The translations under genes were made by a program, and so were the position numbers. A DNA stretch of 54,286 nucleotides, counting the filler, from Porpidia crustulata (Eukaryota): assembly GCA_964255105.1 (NCBI GenBank). It is 4 parts of 4 records of this genome, joined end to end, with 100 filler letters (N's around TTAATTAATTAA, not from the genome) between each part and the next. Parts side by side here need not be neighbours in the genome. Positions count along the whole stretch, not along the records: positions 13,612 to 27,120 come from CAXUWE010000438.1; positions 27,221 to 40,727 come from CAXUWE010000439.1; 2 more parts are not named here. One strand, given 5' to 3'. Below, in pieces: positions 26,805-39,794 of this stretch. A model generated the notes under the pieces. It was not told the DNA's origin, searched no databases, and saw only the letters and a program-made list of their open reading frames with translations. Position 1 is the first letter of the stretch; every line of letters starts with the position of its first letter.

Positions 26805-27120
26805 GGGTGTGGGAGGGTGTTTATAGTTACAGAAGGGAGAGGGGGGGCACGCGGTCGATTTTTCGACGGGATCTCTTTTCATATAGACCGGATAGATGTA
26901 CGAGTGAAAACGTATGGATAGGAGAATTCGCGATCAAGTCATCGAGGTGTGTGTGATGGCTGGTGTGAGCAGAGTGGACGCGGCGGAGAGGCAGCGGAAG
27001 ACGCAGGCTGAGATTATATTCATGTGCACACACCCATGTATAACCTATATCTGGAATCCGCCCCTGTGCGAACCCGCCAACACATGCGAACAAAACCCTA
27101 TATACACCATCCCTCTATTC

Positions 27121-27220
27121 NNNNNNNNNNNNNNNNNNNNNNNNNNNNNNNNNNNNNNNNNNNNTTAATTAATTAANNNNNNNNNNNNNNNNNNNNNNNN
27201 NNNNNNNNNNNNNNNNNNNN
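27121..27220. other. Artificial assembly spacer (N44-TTAATTAATTAA-N44)
   Basis: Identical 100-nt spacer. Confidence 0.97.
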
Positions 27221-27754
27221 GGCAGGTGGTGTTCAAGAGGTAGAAGTTGTGAGTCAATGGGGTTGACAAAAGTGTATATGCTCAATGATAAAGCATCCCA
27301 CCTTGGGCTTGACAATGACATCATACCACGTGAAAAATCCCACCGTTGGCAAAAATAATTGTTAAAGCAATTGAAGCCGTGTCTGAGGCAATTCTACATT
27401 ACCCATTTAAAAAGAATATAAACTTTACGGCATCTCCATCGCCGTCACCGAATTCCCATTCCAATCAACATAAACGGTCGTCACCCTCGGATCTGATTCA
27501 CCTTCATTGGTTGAAAAATTCCATCTTGAAATCCTGACGGCAATCGTGTTCCAAATTATATATCATCCCCCATTAGGCCCCGATATTCCTGTCGAGTCGG
27601 TCTCCACGTTGTCACCGAGACTTTTACGTTATTCATACTCGAATTTTGGTGGACGCCGCAATCGAAGGCGTGTCTTGGATCTCTTAGTATTTCGCCGAGG
27701 AAGTAGACCAAGTCAATACTGAAGTTGCTTTCTTGGCGGCCAGGCTGTCAATGA

Positions 27755-28260
27755 TTATACAAAGGGGTTATTTTTCTGTCCGCATGTATATTTCCCTCCG
27801 CCATTAGACTCAAAACGAAGTATCGTATGAAATGGGTAAGAGAACCGGTGTTGCGGAGGTAACGAATGGTACTGGCCGAGATAATCAGCTCCGGGGGAGT
27901 TAAATGGGTGATGGCTCAAGTCTGATCTATCATTTTGATTATGAGCAATGTCTTCCGTATACATCGGTGCTCCGCAAACCTAATCCATATACATTCAGAA
28001 CGTGAGAATTTGGTGATCAAGGATCTTAATATCATTCTTCCAAGTCTCCCGGAGTTTTTCACCAGGGCGAGCTCAAAGGCTGTCTTTTCGATGGCAGATC
28101 ACCTCGTCATAAACGCGAAATTTGGTCTGTTTCGGTCCAATCAATACGTTGACCAAATTATCCGTCAAGGGGCTACTCTCATGTGAACGAGTTCCCGGAG
28201 CCCACAGCGAGGACTCACGAATAGATTGGCTCAACATTCAGATCGATGGGTTTGACATGG
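27755..28260 (-). pseudogene. Degenerate BTB/POZ-domain gene
   Basis: One frame reads PLTDNLVNVLIGPKQTKFRVYDEVICHRKDSL*ARPGEKLRETWKNDIKILDHQILTF*MYMD*VCG. This matches the fungal BTB pattern V.i.VG.....F.VH..llC..S..F.aa.....E.....i.l.d....tF..Y..WlY. Stops at 28073-28075, 27995-27997 and 27980-27982. Confidence 0.7.
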
Positions 28261-28797
28261 ACCGATAACGTTCATGATATTGGAGGATAGTTGGGTGATT
28301 CGGCCGTAGTAGCTGTGAATCATATTATCCACGTAGAAAAGTGTAACGGAGATATCAATGCCCCTTTGGACATCCAGGTGGCCATTGATAAGGTGGAAAA
28401 TCGCCGTCGAGATTTAGAAGGCAGACCGTCTGTGAGCCACAGCCATACTAGCAATATATTGAGAGACAATTACTCAAATGCAGTGAGTAAAAGTGGAAAT
28501 CGAGCATAGGATGATTTCCACTGGTTCCATGGGAGGAAAATAAGAAAGAAGATCTGGATTACACGGTCAGCTATTCTTGTCTCGCCTCGTTTCTATAATG
28601 CGCTGCCTGGCTCTGATGGCCACCTGACTTGTTTACATGTGTAAGTATAAGTATACATTCCTTAGCGAGCCTCTTCACGATCTCAAATCATGAATAGTAC
28701 CGAGCGAACATGGGTATCGAATTATATTGAGCCAAAAGTCGAGGAAAGGATGAGAATGGACAATGGACCGGCATCGAAAACTGGTCCATACATTCAT

Positions 28798-29634
28798 CTA
28801 GATCAAATGCTTCGATCTGTAGGCTCCAAATTAGCAAATACTTTGTGGCTGAGGGTAAATGGGTGATATACCTAAAGTACGCCCTCAAATATACGACCTG
28901 CCACGCCCCCAAACCCACGAGCATGCCCATTGTACCGAACGCAAACCATTTTACCCGTTCATTCGTGCTTTCGTTCGTATCCCTAAGCTTCTGCTCTCTC
29001 GTTCTCAAATAGTCCATCTCGGACACAATCTCTCCCACAAGCTCCTCGACGCGCCGCAATTCCGTCTCGACCGGCTTCAGCTTCTCCTGAGCTTGTATGG
29101 CCGACCAGTCCCGGGCGTCGGCACCAATGTCGATATCAAGCTCGATGTGACGACTGGGGCTCATCACGGCTTCTATTTTCTCAGGATCAGCGACGGTAGG
29201 CAAGTTTCGTTTCAGAAGGACTCACGAGACGTGGTGAGCTGATTCTCGAAGCAGACATCGAAGGCCGCGTCCGCATGCGAGGTAAAGGCCATTCTTGATT
29301 CGCCGGCAATATCCTTGGGTCTACCATATTCATTGCCTACCGCGTCTTTGATCTATCGTGCAAGCATCAGCATTACTTATCCAAAGGCATTACAGCCATG
29401 TAACAAGTGTACAAGGACACGCACATGCATATTAACCATCTGCCCGTCCCCCTTCTGCCCGCCAACGATGGCTGTCACTAAAACAAGTGTGTCTTTTGCA
29501 ACGAAATTCCGTATGCATCTTTCGTACTTAGAGCCATGCCCCGTGTGCGCCTGGAGATCAAACTTCAACGCCAACGCAAATGGAAGGATGGCGAGGAGGA
29601 AGACAAAACCAAGGGTCGACTGGAATTGAAGCAT
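28798..29634 (-). CDS. ERV25: p24 delta family (emp24/gp25L) ER-Golgi cargo receptor, multi-exon
   Basis: Signal peptide, then ALKFDL...[62 protein letters not shown], a TM segment, and tail YLRAYFRSKHLI*. Confidence 0.93.
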
Positions 29635-29947
29635 TGGTTCAGCTACTCCACGATATTCGACTATAAGTATTCCGCGCTGGACTGACAGAAGTTTGGTGAC
29701 CAGAAATGTTGAGCTAAGGACGTGAAACTTGGAGACCCGGCTCAGCCCTATGAGGCTCGGAGCTTGCCTTGGATAGCTAACCCTGTTGCCCCGTTGAGGA
29801 CTATTATTTACAAACAACGAAATTCATGATTGTGATTCACAATGACCTCATTGGCCTCGAATTGCTTCAGATCTAGCTTATTAAACAGCCAAACGCTTCC
29901 ACTAGAAAATTCAGAGCCTCAAGCCGCGGCAGTAAAAAATCGCGGCC

Positions 29948-30438
29948 ATGAACCCAACCCAAAATAACCCACCCAATATCTGGGATCAGGTGCGCTCTGG
30001 GTCTTCCTTCTAGCACCACGGACGATCACACTGACTCTCTAGATGTCCTACACCCCTCCCCGCGGCCCTTGCTCCCAGAAGAACTCCTACTTAATTCCCT
30101 GCGCGTGCATGCGCTTTATGATCCACCCGCTTAAGGCAGCTTCGAGCTTCGAGTGCGATGGCTGCGGACACCACGCCAGCTTTCACAAGATGGATAATCA
30201 AAAGGAGGAAGAGATTGCGAAGCGCTGGAAGGTGGAAGAGAGTGGAAAGGCGCAGAGTAATCCGCAGCGGCTATGGGAAGGAGGCTTTGACATGATTGAT
30301 ATTTCGAAGGATGATGATGATGAAATAGAATGGCTTTCTAAACGGCGACGAATTGCTAGCAATGCTAGCAACGCTGCGCCTGCGGAGAACAACACTGTCG
30401 TTGCGACCAGGAAACGCATACGCGTACGCAAAGCATGA
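29948..30438 (+). CDS. Small hypothetical protein with Cys/His-rich putative zinc-binding motif, 2 exons
   Basis: Exon 1 29948-29989, intron 29990-30042 (GTGCGC..CTGAC..TAG), then PPRGPC...C.C.RFMIHP......ECDGCGHHASFH and a basic NLS-like tail. Divergent from ERV25. Confidence 0.7.
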
Positions 30439-31351
30439 GGACTTTTCGTTATGCCACTGTGCCCTCGTCAACCCACAACGACGTACCGTTGCTTAAGAGG
30501 CCTGCCGAACGGACACGGGTTTTTAACGATCCCAGATGAACAGCGCCGCCGCCAATTCCACATGGAATCAATTTGTACTTGTCTCTTCCGCTCGGCATCC
30601 GGCAGGCATCTACTTCAACCGCTTCCTCGCTGTCCCCCCCAAAGCATGCATAGTAGGTTTTCCAAGTTGAGCGTCAGTGCCTTTTTAGTGGTTGATCTTC
30701 CATAGTTGTTCACAAGGCCCTCACATGAGGGTAGTAGAACTGCTCAAAGGAAATATCAGTCTCGTCTCTGGAACACGTTGGTCTCACAAGGTGTAGAATT
30801 CAAGCCAAGATTAGGCAAGCATGAGATTTATATCCATACGTGTTGTGCATGCATAATGTAGTGATTAAGCTCCAGAGTGAGCACACGAGTAGCAAAGCTT
30901 CCGGTATGTAAGTGGTTGGGGGTGTGGAGTATCTGTGAAGTCTGAAGTCATAGCAGCTTCTTTTCCTCATTCTCTGTCGAATTGAGCCTTGGCATGGCGG
31001 GAACAGTCCTCGAGGAGCTAAATCCAAGAGGTGACTCTGTATCGTCTACAACTGCAATCGCTCATGTAGACTGCGATCAGTTGATTTTCGAATACGGCGC
31101 ACTATTATCATAACATCGCAAGCGCAGCCGGCGAACCCGCACGACCCCTCGATGAACACAATCGCTCATGTCCTTCGATTTGTAAAATCACAGAACAATG
31201 ACGCCCTTCTCCGCCACCATGCAATCCATCACCGATGCCGCGGTTTCCCATAAGACTTCGATGGCAATATATATGGGCTGCCTATTCCCTTCTATTGTCT
31301 TCAGTCTCGAAGCGCCAAATATACAAAGTGTGAGCCTATCCTCTTCGCCAT

Positions 31352-33087
31352 ATGTCGCAGGCCCGGAGTCCCATGAAAACATTAATTGAGATCCCTCCGT
31401 TGGTACCGGCTTCGACTGACCCAATTGTACGTTCTTCCTCGGATCTGTATCGATCCGTCGCCCCTGTCTATGGACCAATGCCAGCACCATCTTCCTTTCA
31501 ATCACCAGTACACGAGAAGTTGAACGGTCAGGATGGAGATGAGGTGGAAAACGAAGAGGCCCGTATTGAGCGGCTTGGAAGGGAAAGACCAGCTATATTC
31601 AAGACTCTCTGGGCAGAGATATTCTTCTGCTACTCGATTTTGGCCTCACAATTCATGGCTGTGAGTCTACTTGCACCGTTATCGGTCATTGGAGTTGGAC
31701 ATAATCTGATTTATCTGTGAGCTAGGAATACTTTGTATCTGGCTTCAATGTCATACTCCCAAGTCTGATTGTTGAGCTTGATATACCGGCAGCCTCTATA
31801 GTCTGGCCTGCCAGTGCATTCTCCCTAGTGACGGCAGCTTTCCTGCTGCCTTTTGGAAGGCTAGCAGACATCTGGGGAGGTTACCCTGTGTACCTTGGCG
31901 GGCTGGCTTGGTTTGCTGTGTGGTCTTTAGTTGCGGGCTTTTCGAAGAACATGTTGATGCTCATCTTCTGCCGAGCCCTGCAAGGCTTCGGTCCCTCTGC
32001 TTTCCTTCCATCAGGAGTTATGCTTATGGGATCGATTTACCGACCAGGTCCACGGAAGAACTTGATATTCAGTCTCTATGGAGGCTCTGCACCATTCGGA
32101 TTCTTTACTGGAGTCTTCTTTGCGGGCCTGACCGGGCAATTCACTATTTTTGGGTGGTACTTTTGGATTGGCACAATACTGATCTTTACGACAGCCGTGG
32201 CCGCTTATTTTACAGTTCCGTCAGACATGGAAGAACATAAAGCAAACGGCGTTTCCATGGACTGGCTGGGATCTGCTCTCATTGTATCGGGGTTAATACT
32301 CGTCGTATTTGCTCTCACAGACAGCTCACACGCGCCAGAAAAATGGAGAACTCCATACATCTATGTGTTGCTCATCGTCGGGGTTGGTATCCTCGGCGCA
32401 GCAATGTACGTTGAAGGCTGGGTAGCGAAAAATCCTCTCTTACCTTTCGACTTATTTAAGGTGCCCCATCTTTCGGCTCTTTTGATTGCAATGTTCTTTT
32501 CCGATGGGGTGCTTGGTATCTTCTTGCTTTACTCGACACTCTATATGCAAGATGTCATGAATGCAACTCCACTGCAGGTAACAGCTTGGTACGTCCCAAT
32601 GAGCCTCGGCGGTGTTTTGATATCCGTCGTTGGAGGCTATGTACTCCACCTGATCCCAGGGACTTTGTTGATGCTTATCGGCGGACTCGGTTGGACTCTC
32701 ACCTCCGTTCTGTTTGCTGTCGCTCCTGCCGGTGCCAATTACTGGAGCTACGTCTTCCCTGCTATGATAGGCGCAACTATCGGGATAGATATCACATTCA
32801 ATGTTGCTAATATCTTTATCACAACAAACTTACCGCAGAACCGCCAGGGACTAGCTGGCGCCCTCATTAACAGCTTACTGTATCTGGGTATTGCGTTCCT
32901 ACTCGCGTTTGCAGATGTCACTCAGACCGAGACAGCTCATCTAGGAGTCAAAAGAAGCTATCAGGTTGTCTTCTGGTATCAGCTGGCCTGTGCCGGCGTA
33001 GCATTGGCCGTGATGCTGGGGTTTGTGAGAATCAAAAAAGCGAAGAGCGAGTTGACTGCTGACGAGAGAGCGGCTCTAGAGATTTGA
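31352..33087 (+). CDS. MFS drug:H+ antiporter (DHA2, Atr1-like)
   Basis: IERLGRERP N-terminus; intron 31661-31725; GRLADIWG motif A; RALQGFG; YRPGPRKN; many TM segments; QGLAGALINS. Start codon uncertain (31198, 31352 or 31373). Confidence 0.9.
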
Positions 33088-33764
33088 TGGTGGATATAGT
33101 ATCTGTTGAGCGACTAGACTACACTATCTAGCATTGACGGTGTTGGACTTTGCCAAGATCAATCTGGGTCCGCTGACTAGTTTCTAGAATTCGATAGCTG
33201 GGATAATATACGATTGTGTGACTGGGCCAAGTGGTTTGGGTATACTGCTTGGGAAAGGAGAAAGATGACTTCGATTATCGGTAATTTCTTATGATCAGCT
33301 TAGTAAAACATCTATGGACTACCTACCTAGAAATATTGAACCTGCCAAGAACTATAATTATCGCGAGAGACTGGCCTGTTTCCTATTTCTTATTTCCTAT
33401 TTTCAGTTTTCAACTTCTTTGGTGGTCAGTGGGAAATCCTCCCACGGATAAGCCAGACCAACTAGGTAGATAGCTACCCACCTACTTTAACAATAATTAT
33501 TAATTAATGTGGGATTGAAGTCGTCATAACCAACCACCCAATCTCCGGCTTCGGCTTCAACCTTATTTTCTCAAGTACTCATGTGTCTACATTGCGAGTC
33601 AATTTTTTCAAGATGCTTTACTTGGGTGGAAATCTCTCTTATTACCACCAGTCCAGCTTGTCAGATTTTCTCTCTCAAGAAACCTTCTCTCCATCTTTGC
33701 TTCATTTAATGCTGACATTGATAAAAATTGAAACTTCAGGTGACCACGGTCCAACTGTGACGAG

Positions 33765-35274
33765 ATGCTCCCAGAAACCGAAGATCAAGCAATCATTTTG
33801 AACGAAATACTTCCAGTGACTTCCACCGCAGCTGCACCCGTATCGGTTGCAACTCTTACCCTTGGACCACCTCCTGATGGGGGCCTACGGGCTTGGACGC
33901 AAGTCCTAGTAGGCCATCTCATCAATGCTCTGACGTGGGGGTTCCCGGCCTCTTTTGGTGTATATCAGCTCTACTACACCGAAGTGTTGCTTCTACCGCC
34001 CTCCCAAGTCTCCTGGATCGGCTCCGTGCAGGTCTTCTTAACATTCTTCATCAGTGCTTTCTCAGGACGCGCTGCTGATGCCGGATATGCGAGGCATGCC
34101 GTATTTGCAGGTACGACTTTGCTCGTATTTGGCACGTTCATGACAAGCTTGGCAACGCAGTACTGGCAGATCTTCCTGGCTCAGGGGATTTGCACAGGAA
34201 TAGGAATGGGGATTATCTTTATGCCTGCGGTGACTGTGGTGGGAACGTACTTTGCGCGCAGAAAGGTCATGGCTTTAGCTTCATCAGCTGCCGGAAGTGG
34301 TACTGGAAGTGTGATTTTCCCTTCGATAGTACAGTACCTGACACCGCAGATCGGTACGTAACATTGTGAACTCTCATTCATGGATGCTGGTTTTCGTGGA
34401 CATCCGTCTTGAAACTTTCCTCGTTGCTAAATGGGTGGCTCACTCCAGGTTTTCCCTGGGCTGTTCGCTGTTCAGGTTTTGTTGTGCTCTTCTTTGCAAT
34501 CGTCATCAATATCCTCCTACGCCCCCGCCTCCCCCCTCGAAAGGTTGGCCCTGTTGTGGAGTGGGCAGCCTTTCGTGAGCCAACATATGTGCTTTTCGCT
34601 ATTGGCATGTTTTTAATCTTCTGGGCTCTCTACTTTGGCTTTTTCTACGTGGGTCTGGCGGAAGAGAGCTTCCCTTACTCAATTCTATATACTGGTACTC
34701 ATATGCATTCCAGATCAATGCTTTCTCCCGCAATATTATTGGATTCACTGACCTCCAGTCCGTGAATCTTCTCATTATCACCAATGCCGTGGGGATCCCC
34801 GCAAGACCTCTACTTGGCTACGCTGCCGATCGCTGGCTAGGTACGTAAAGCGTACTGGGGCCATTCTGACTTCAGCTAAAATATCTAGGCCCTATCAATA
34901 CCTTGATTGGCTCTTCTGTGGTCCTCGGTTTAATGCTATATGCCTGGATCGCGGTCAACTCCCGTGGTGGCATGTATGCCTTTGCAGTGATCTACGGCCT
35001 TGCGACGGGTGCCACGCAGGGAATCTTTGTAGGCTCATTGGCGTCACTGACCAAAGACCTCAGTAAGACAGGGACAAGATTTGGCATGGTCTGCTCCATT
35101 TTGGCTTTTGCCAGTCTGACAGGACCTCCGATTGCCGGAGGGCTGATACAGAGCGAAAACGGTAAGTATCTGGGAGCGCAAGCGTGGGGTGGGACGGTGG
35201 TAGTGTTGGGGTCATTAACCGTGATAGCAGCGAGGATATCCAAGACTGGCTTGAAGCTGAGGGCTAAGATTTGA
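33765..35274 (+). CDS. MFS monocarboxylate-porter-family (Mch-like) transporter, 4 exons
   Basis: PPDGGLRAWTQV, TWG...SFGVYQ.YY, SWIGSVQ, GRAADAG, GFPWAVR, GTRFGM, LTGPPIAG. Introns 34354-34448, 34649-34713 and 34841-34888. Confidence 0.92.
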
Positions 35275-35709
35275 AAGAACCCGTTGAAGCATTCTACTCG
35301 CGTCAAGATATAGCTTCACTCACTGAGAACCGACTCGAGAAACAATCGGACGGGTTCAGCGAAAGTGATGATCAGGGGGTCGGCCACCATCCTCCAAACA
35401 CTGGTCCATAAACGAAGGGGACTCAGGCAGTCTGCATTAAACAAGTTTCATGACAAAAACCTGATTTACATTGCTTAATAATCGAAGATAAACAAGAACA
35501 TATTACTGATATCAGACCGAGAATAAAGAACGTTATGCGAGTCTTCGATAAACCTGTCGTCAATGATACTAGGCCGCAGAAGACTGACTAATGAAATTAA
35601 TCTAATAGCTTGCAAAGTAATGACTGACTCAGTCTGGAGATCGTAGAGCTGATAATAGGCATTACTATGCTATGAAACTTTCTCACCTTCTCAGCCGTCC
35701 CGGCGCACC

Positions 35710-36140
35710 ATGCCTACCCGGCCATAGGACTTTGTTACCCAGTCACGCCAGCCTGTACATGGGTCCTTTTCTAATCTATTTCCTTCCTACGCCTTTGAAT
35801 ATTAGCGATTGTGGGATTATAAGGAAAATCGCTGACAAGGGCTCGATAGGCGTCTAGATACAAACGAAGTTCATGCTAATCGATGGACAAGACGCCAACA
35901 GAGCACCCTACGACCCTTCCGATTCAATACCTGATCAGGTTTGTGGATCAGTTGACTCATCGCTGCGAAACCTGCACGTAGGTGGGAAGGGGGAGAGGTA
36001 GGGATAATGGGCAGGGAAGAGTAAGATAACGACACCGACGGAAAATGGGTTTGAATCTTTGGTCGCTGGCGATCTTATTATGGACAAGTTCAAGCGAATT
36101 GGTGTCGTTTCGCAGCAAAGTTGCACTGGGAAGAAAATGT
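35710..36140 (+). pseudogene. Aldo-keto reductase gene remnant
   Basis: GIIRKIADKGSIGV*IQTKFMLIDGQDANRAPYDPSDSIPDQVCGSVDSSLRNL resembles the AKR segment G..IR.aI.eG...Redl.IQTKF....GQD....PYDP......QV..S...SL.NL. Stop at 35855-35857, more stops downstream, and most of the barrel is missing. Confidence 0.7.
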
Positions 36141-36756
36141 AACTACACCATTTTCCATCCATTCAAATTCCGCAATACCTCCGCTCTCCCTTCTGCCAAT
36201 CCCGTACAAAATCCACCAGATCTCCCCACCCGACATCTCCCTTCGTTCCCCCTTCCACAATCCTTCTTCCCGTGTTCCTTGCCTGAGTCCTCACAGCGCT
36301 GACACACCCGGCCGTCTTTCGTTCCCACCATACATCCAGCGCAAGCCCCGCAATTATTTCGCCTTGTTGTACTTATCCCAAATCCACACTCTCTCGCTCT
36401 CTCGGCGTCTGGGGCTGGTGCGGGCACGACACCCTCAATGACGGCTTTTGATGTGTCGCAAGCATCTAATCACCTACAGGCAGTCGGCTTTGTACTTTTG
36501 CGAGCAGTGCTGTTTAAATTCCTAGTTGGTATACAGACGAGTCGTTTACGATTCTTGCCATAGCAGAATGGATTGCCGCTCGAAAAAAGAGAATCATAGA
36601 AATAGCGGACTTTTTTTCACAAGGTTAAGCCGGAGACTTTCTTAATTGCAAAACTTTGGACAGGTCAAAATCAAGGCTTGGAGAAGGACCTTTGGGGCTT
36701 TCTGTGGACGCTGTCATGAATTACTCATCTATGGTTTCTACGTATGGAGAGCTTAT

Positions 36757-39279
36757 TCAAAAAAAATCTTTTCCGCGGGACTTGAGTTCCAGGATGGCAG
36801 ATTCGATAGTTTTCAGGTCTAGGCAGTATCCACCGATGGAACCAACTGTTCGAACGATACACGCTATGCAGAATCCCACCTGCTCTTGGCTAAGGCGAGA
36901 ACCACGCCTGTTAGGCAATTGTTGGTCCTTTATAAGTTGCCGCACCAAGCCACAAAGAAGGACGAGTTTATTCCTCCCTCCATCAGGATCTTTGGCAAGT
37001 CTCACTAATATCGTTCGTAAAGATTTTAGAAGATTCTTTAGGGCGTCATCCGCTGACGTAGGAACCAACGGGCCATCGCTTGAATTAGGTGACGCATGGT
37101 TAGTCAAAGTATCATTCGGATCTGAGAAGCTCTCTCCTAAAATCCTCTGACTCTTTCGCTCAACGATAAGGCTGTCATCACCCTTGATAGGTCTAAATGT
37201 TAATACCTTGTACATGCTTGTGACCGTCCAGCTTCCAGGGTGAGAATCGTCCAATTTTTTGAGGTACCAGAGTCGTCGAAGTGACACGCAAGACATTTCG
37301 TTCAAAGCTTGGGGTACTACCAAAATTTCCTGTTCTTTTGGGTAAGAGCTAAGTACTACCAATGCCTTGCTCTTATTTCCAAGCTCGAGAACCAAGCACT
37401 CCTTCATTTTTTGATTATTCAAAGCGCGGCTAAAGTGTTCCATACTTAGACTTGGACTGTCGTTACTGTTGAGAGGATTACAAAAAATGAGGTAGCTGAA
37501 TAATACATGGAGCTTCTTGATGAGCGAACTCGGAAGCAGAATCCATTTCTGTTCATCCACGATCTCAGCCGCAATCAGCATATCCCTCACCTCTTCATAG
37601 AAGAAACAGTCTTTTGGTCTGCGGTCTGATGCCTCAAGTACCATGCGTTTCCATGAAATCTGGTCAGAAGATATCTGTAATGATATCCACTCAAGACCAC
37701 AATACAGAACGCACCCTATGATTTCTGATAACAGCATCTTTCTTCGCTGAAAGCTGACATCCTCATCATTTGATGTCCAGAAGCGCTCGTGTCTCCCACG
37801 GATTGCAGTCTTTGCTAAAACGGCTTTTACGAATTTGGAAGCTATTGAGGCTTGGACTTTTGAAGGTCGCACGAAAGAGCAGGCTGTGAGATCGAGTATG
37901 TCGAGACATAATCCCTTATGATCCACCGAATGTACCTTACTTGATGATCCAAGTCGAGGTATTCCAGTACAAGGTGATATGCGCAACCAGTCGTGACTGT
38001 AGTTGGATGTACCTTTTTGATGTATAGCTTGACTTTCCAAGCAAAGATCTCCAATACAATCAAGAATAGCGCCATCATCTTCAGCGAGAGCAATCATTGC
38101 AGTTATCCAGCGACACTTAGATGCCGATATACTGGTTCCTCTGAAGTAAATATCTAAACCTGCAATTTGTAGACAGATAGAAATCCTGTCGGTTTACACG
38201 GAACAGTCGAGCTCATGACTCCAAAGGAACCTTGACGTCAAAGAACCTCCATTGTCCCACCACTTGCCAGTCATATGTGTAGCACGGCCGAACCGATTGA
38301 AATTGTCAATGAAGTCGATGTCTCGTCCGCTTTCAAGCACATCTAGCGGTCGAAAGCAATATCTCCCCATCGTCTGTGTCATAGCATTGAAGAATTCGCG
38401 ATCTATCTTGCGGAGGTGATCGCCCACCAAGAAAACAAGAATAAGCTCCTCAGCGACCTGAAGCTCGTCTGAGCACCAGGCCCTTTTAAACCAACGGGCA
38501 GAACATGATTTTATACAAAGCTCGTGATACTATCTCGCGCTCTCTTCGAGGTTCAATTCTACCCGAGGAGAGCACTTTGCGAAATTACTCCTGGAGCAAT
38601 GCCTCTTCTGCATAAGAAAGTCTGACATCCTCAAGCACAGCAACGACTAGTCGAGCACTCTTAAATATTAGATCCATAGCACCTACTGTTTGTCTTTTCT
38701 CTTCTTCGCCGTTCTGGTTGATGCAACGTTGGTCTATCCAGATACATTCGCTCGGAGACTGCGGCGGCCAATTTGAGGCGATATTAGCCATGCATTCTCT
38801 GGCTTACTCAGGCCTTCTGTCAAGCTCCAATCAGGCGTGTGCCAGTAATAGCTCAACGCAATGAACGATTCTACACGTCCTTGGTCAGTAAGGCCGGATG
38901 AATTTAGAGGTTCTCGCAGGAATCGCAAGGCGATTTTATCTTGAACTACCCCTTTTCGTCCAAATTGAAGGGCGAGACCGTGATTAAGCTCTTCCAGACG
39001 TCGCAATAAAGTCTCGGATTCCTTGTGTCGTTCCTGCCCTGCTTTCACAGCATTCTTCAGGAGCTCCGCTCTATTATGCGCATTGACTTCCACAAGATCA
39101 AGCTGAGGAGGAGAACCTGTGGGCAGACTTCCATCTTTGAAACAAGACTCAAAAGCTTTCATACAAGAACCTTTGTCTTCCATTCTGTGCTTTGGAATGC
39201 TTTGGAAACGTAAGATAGCTTCCTGTATGCGAGACACGCTGAAAATCTCTTTAAAGATTAGCTTCTTCAAGCTAGGCAA
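36757..39279 (-). pseudogene. Disrupted HET-domain (heterokaryon incompatibility) gene
   Basis: HET motifs FIALSYYW, IWIDQRCINQNGEEEKRQTVGAMDLIFKSARLVV and ARWFKRAWCSDE lie in different frames. Frameshifts near 38770 and 38505; in-frame TAA at 38585-38587 and 38194-38196. The 446-aa C-terminal ORF is still open. Confidence 0.82.
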
Positions 39280-39794
39280 GCGAACTTAAACCCTATTTCC
39301 TCCAGCCTTGTTCAAGTGGAAGAAATATGCAGTAAGCACCTAACACGTTATTAGACACATACAAACTTAACTCTCTCATACCTCACGTCAGTCACGCGGG
39401 GCCGAAAGTAGCCCTGGGGTTTGAAGCAAGTCCAACCAAAGGCTGTGTAGCCAGAATGGGTCCTTTCAGCAACGGCTCACCCCGGCTCACCCTCGCTTCA
39501 TCCCAACGGGTGATACAGCGGCGCTGCTCACCCTCTAGAACGAGAACGGCATTTGGTGAGGTATATATTTGGGTTGAACAATAGATTGTTTTATGAACAA
39601 ATATCAGCCATGGTCTACTACTACTACAGAAGTAGCGGGACACATGGAATGACAGTAACCCTGCAAGTAGGGTATTGTAAGAATCTTATCTTTATGAGGT
39701 ATTTCAGCCTTGAGAGATTCATTGCTTAATGCATCTCGACTTGAGCAATTTCTGTCCATCAAAGTATGCTATGGACCGTACCCTTCACGTTGAC

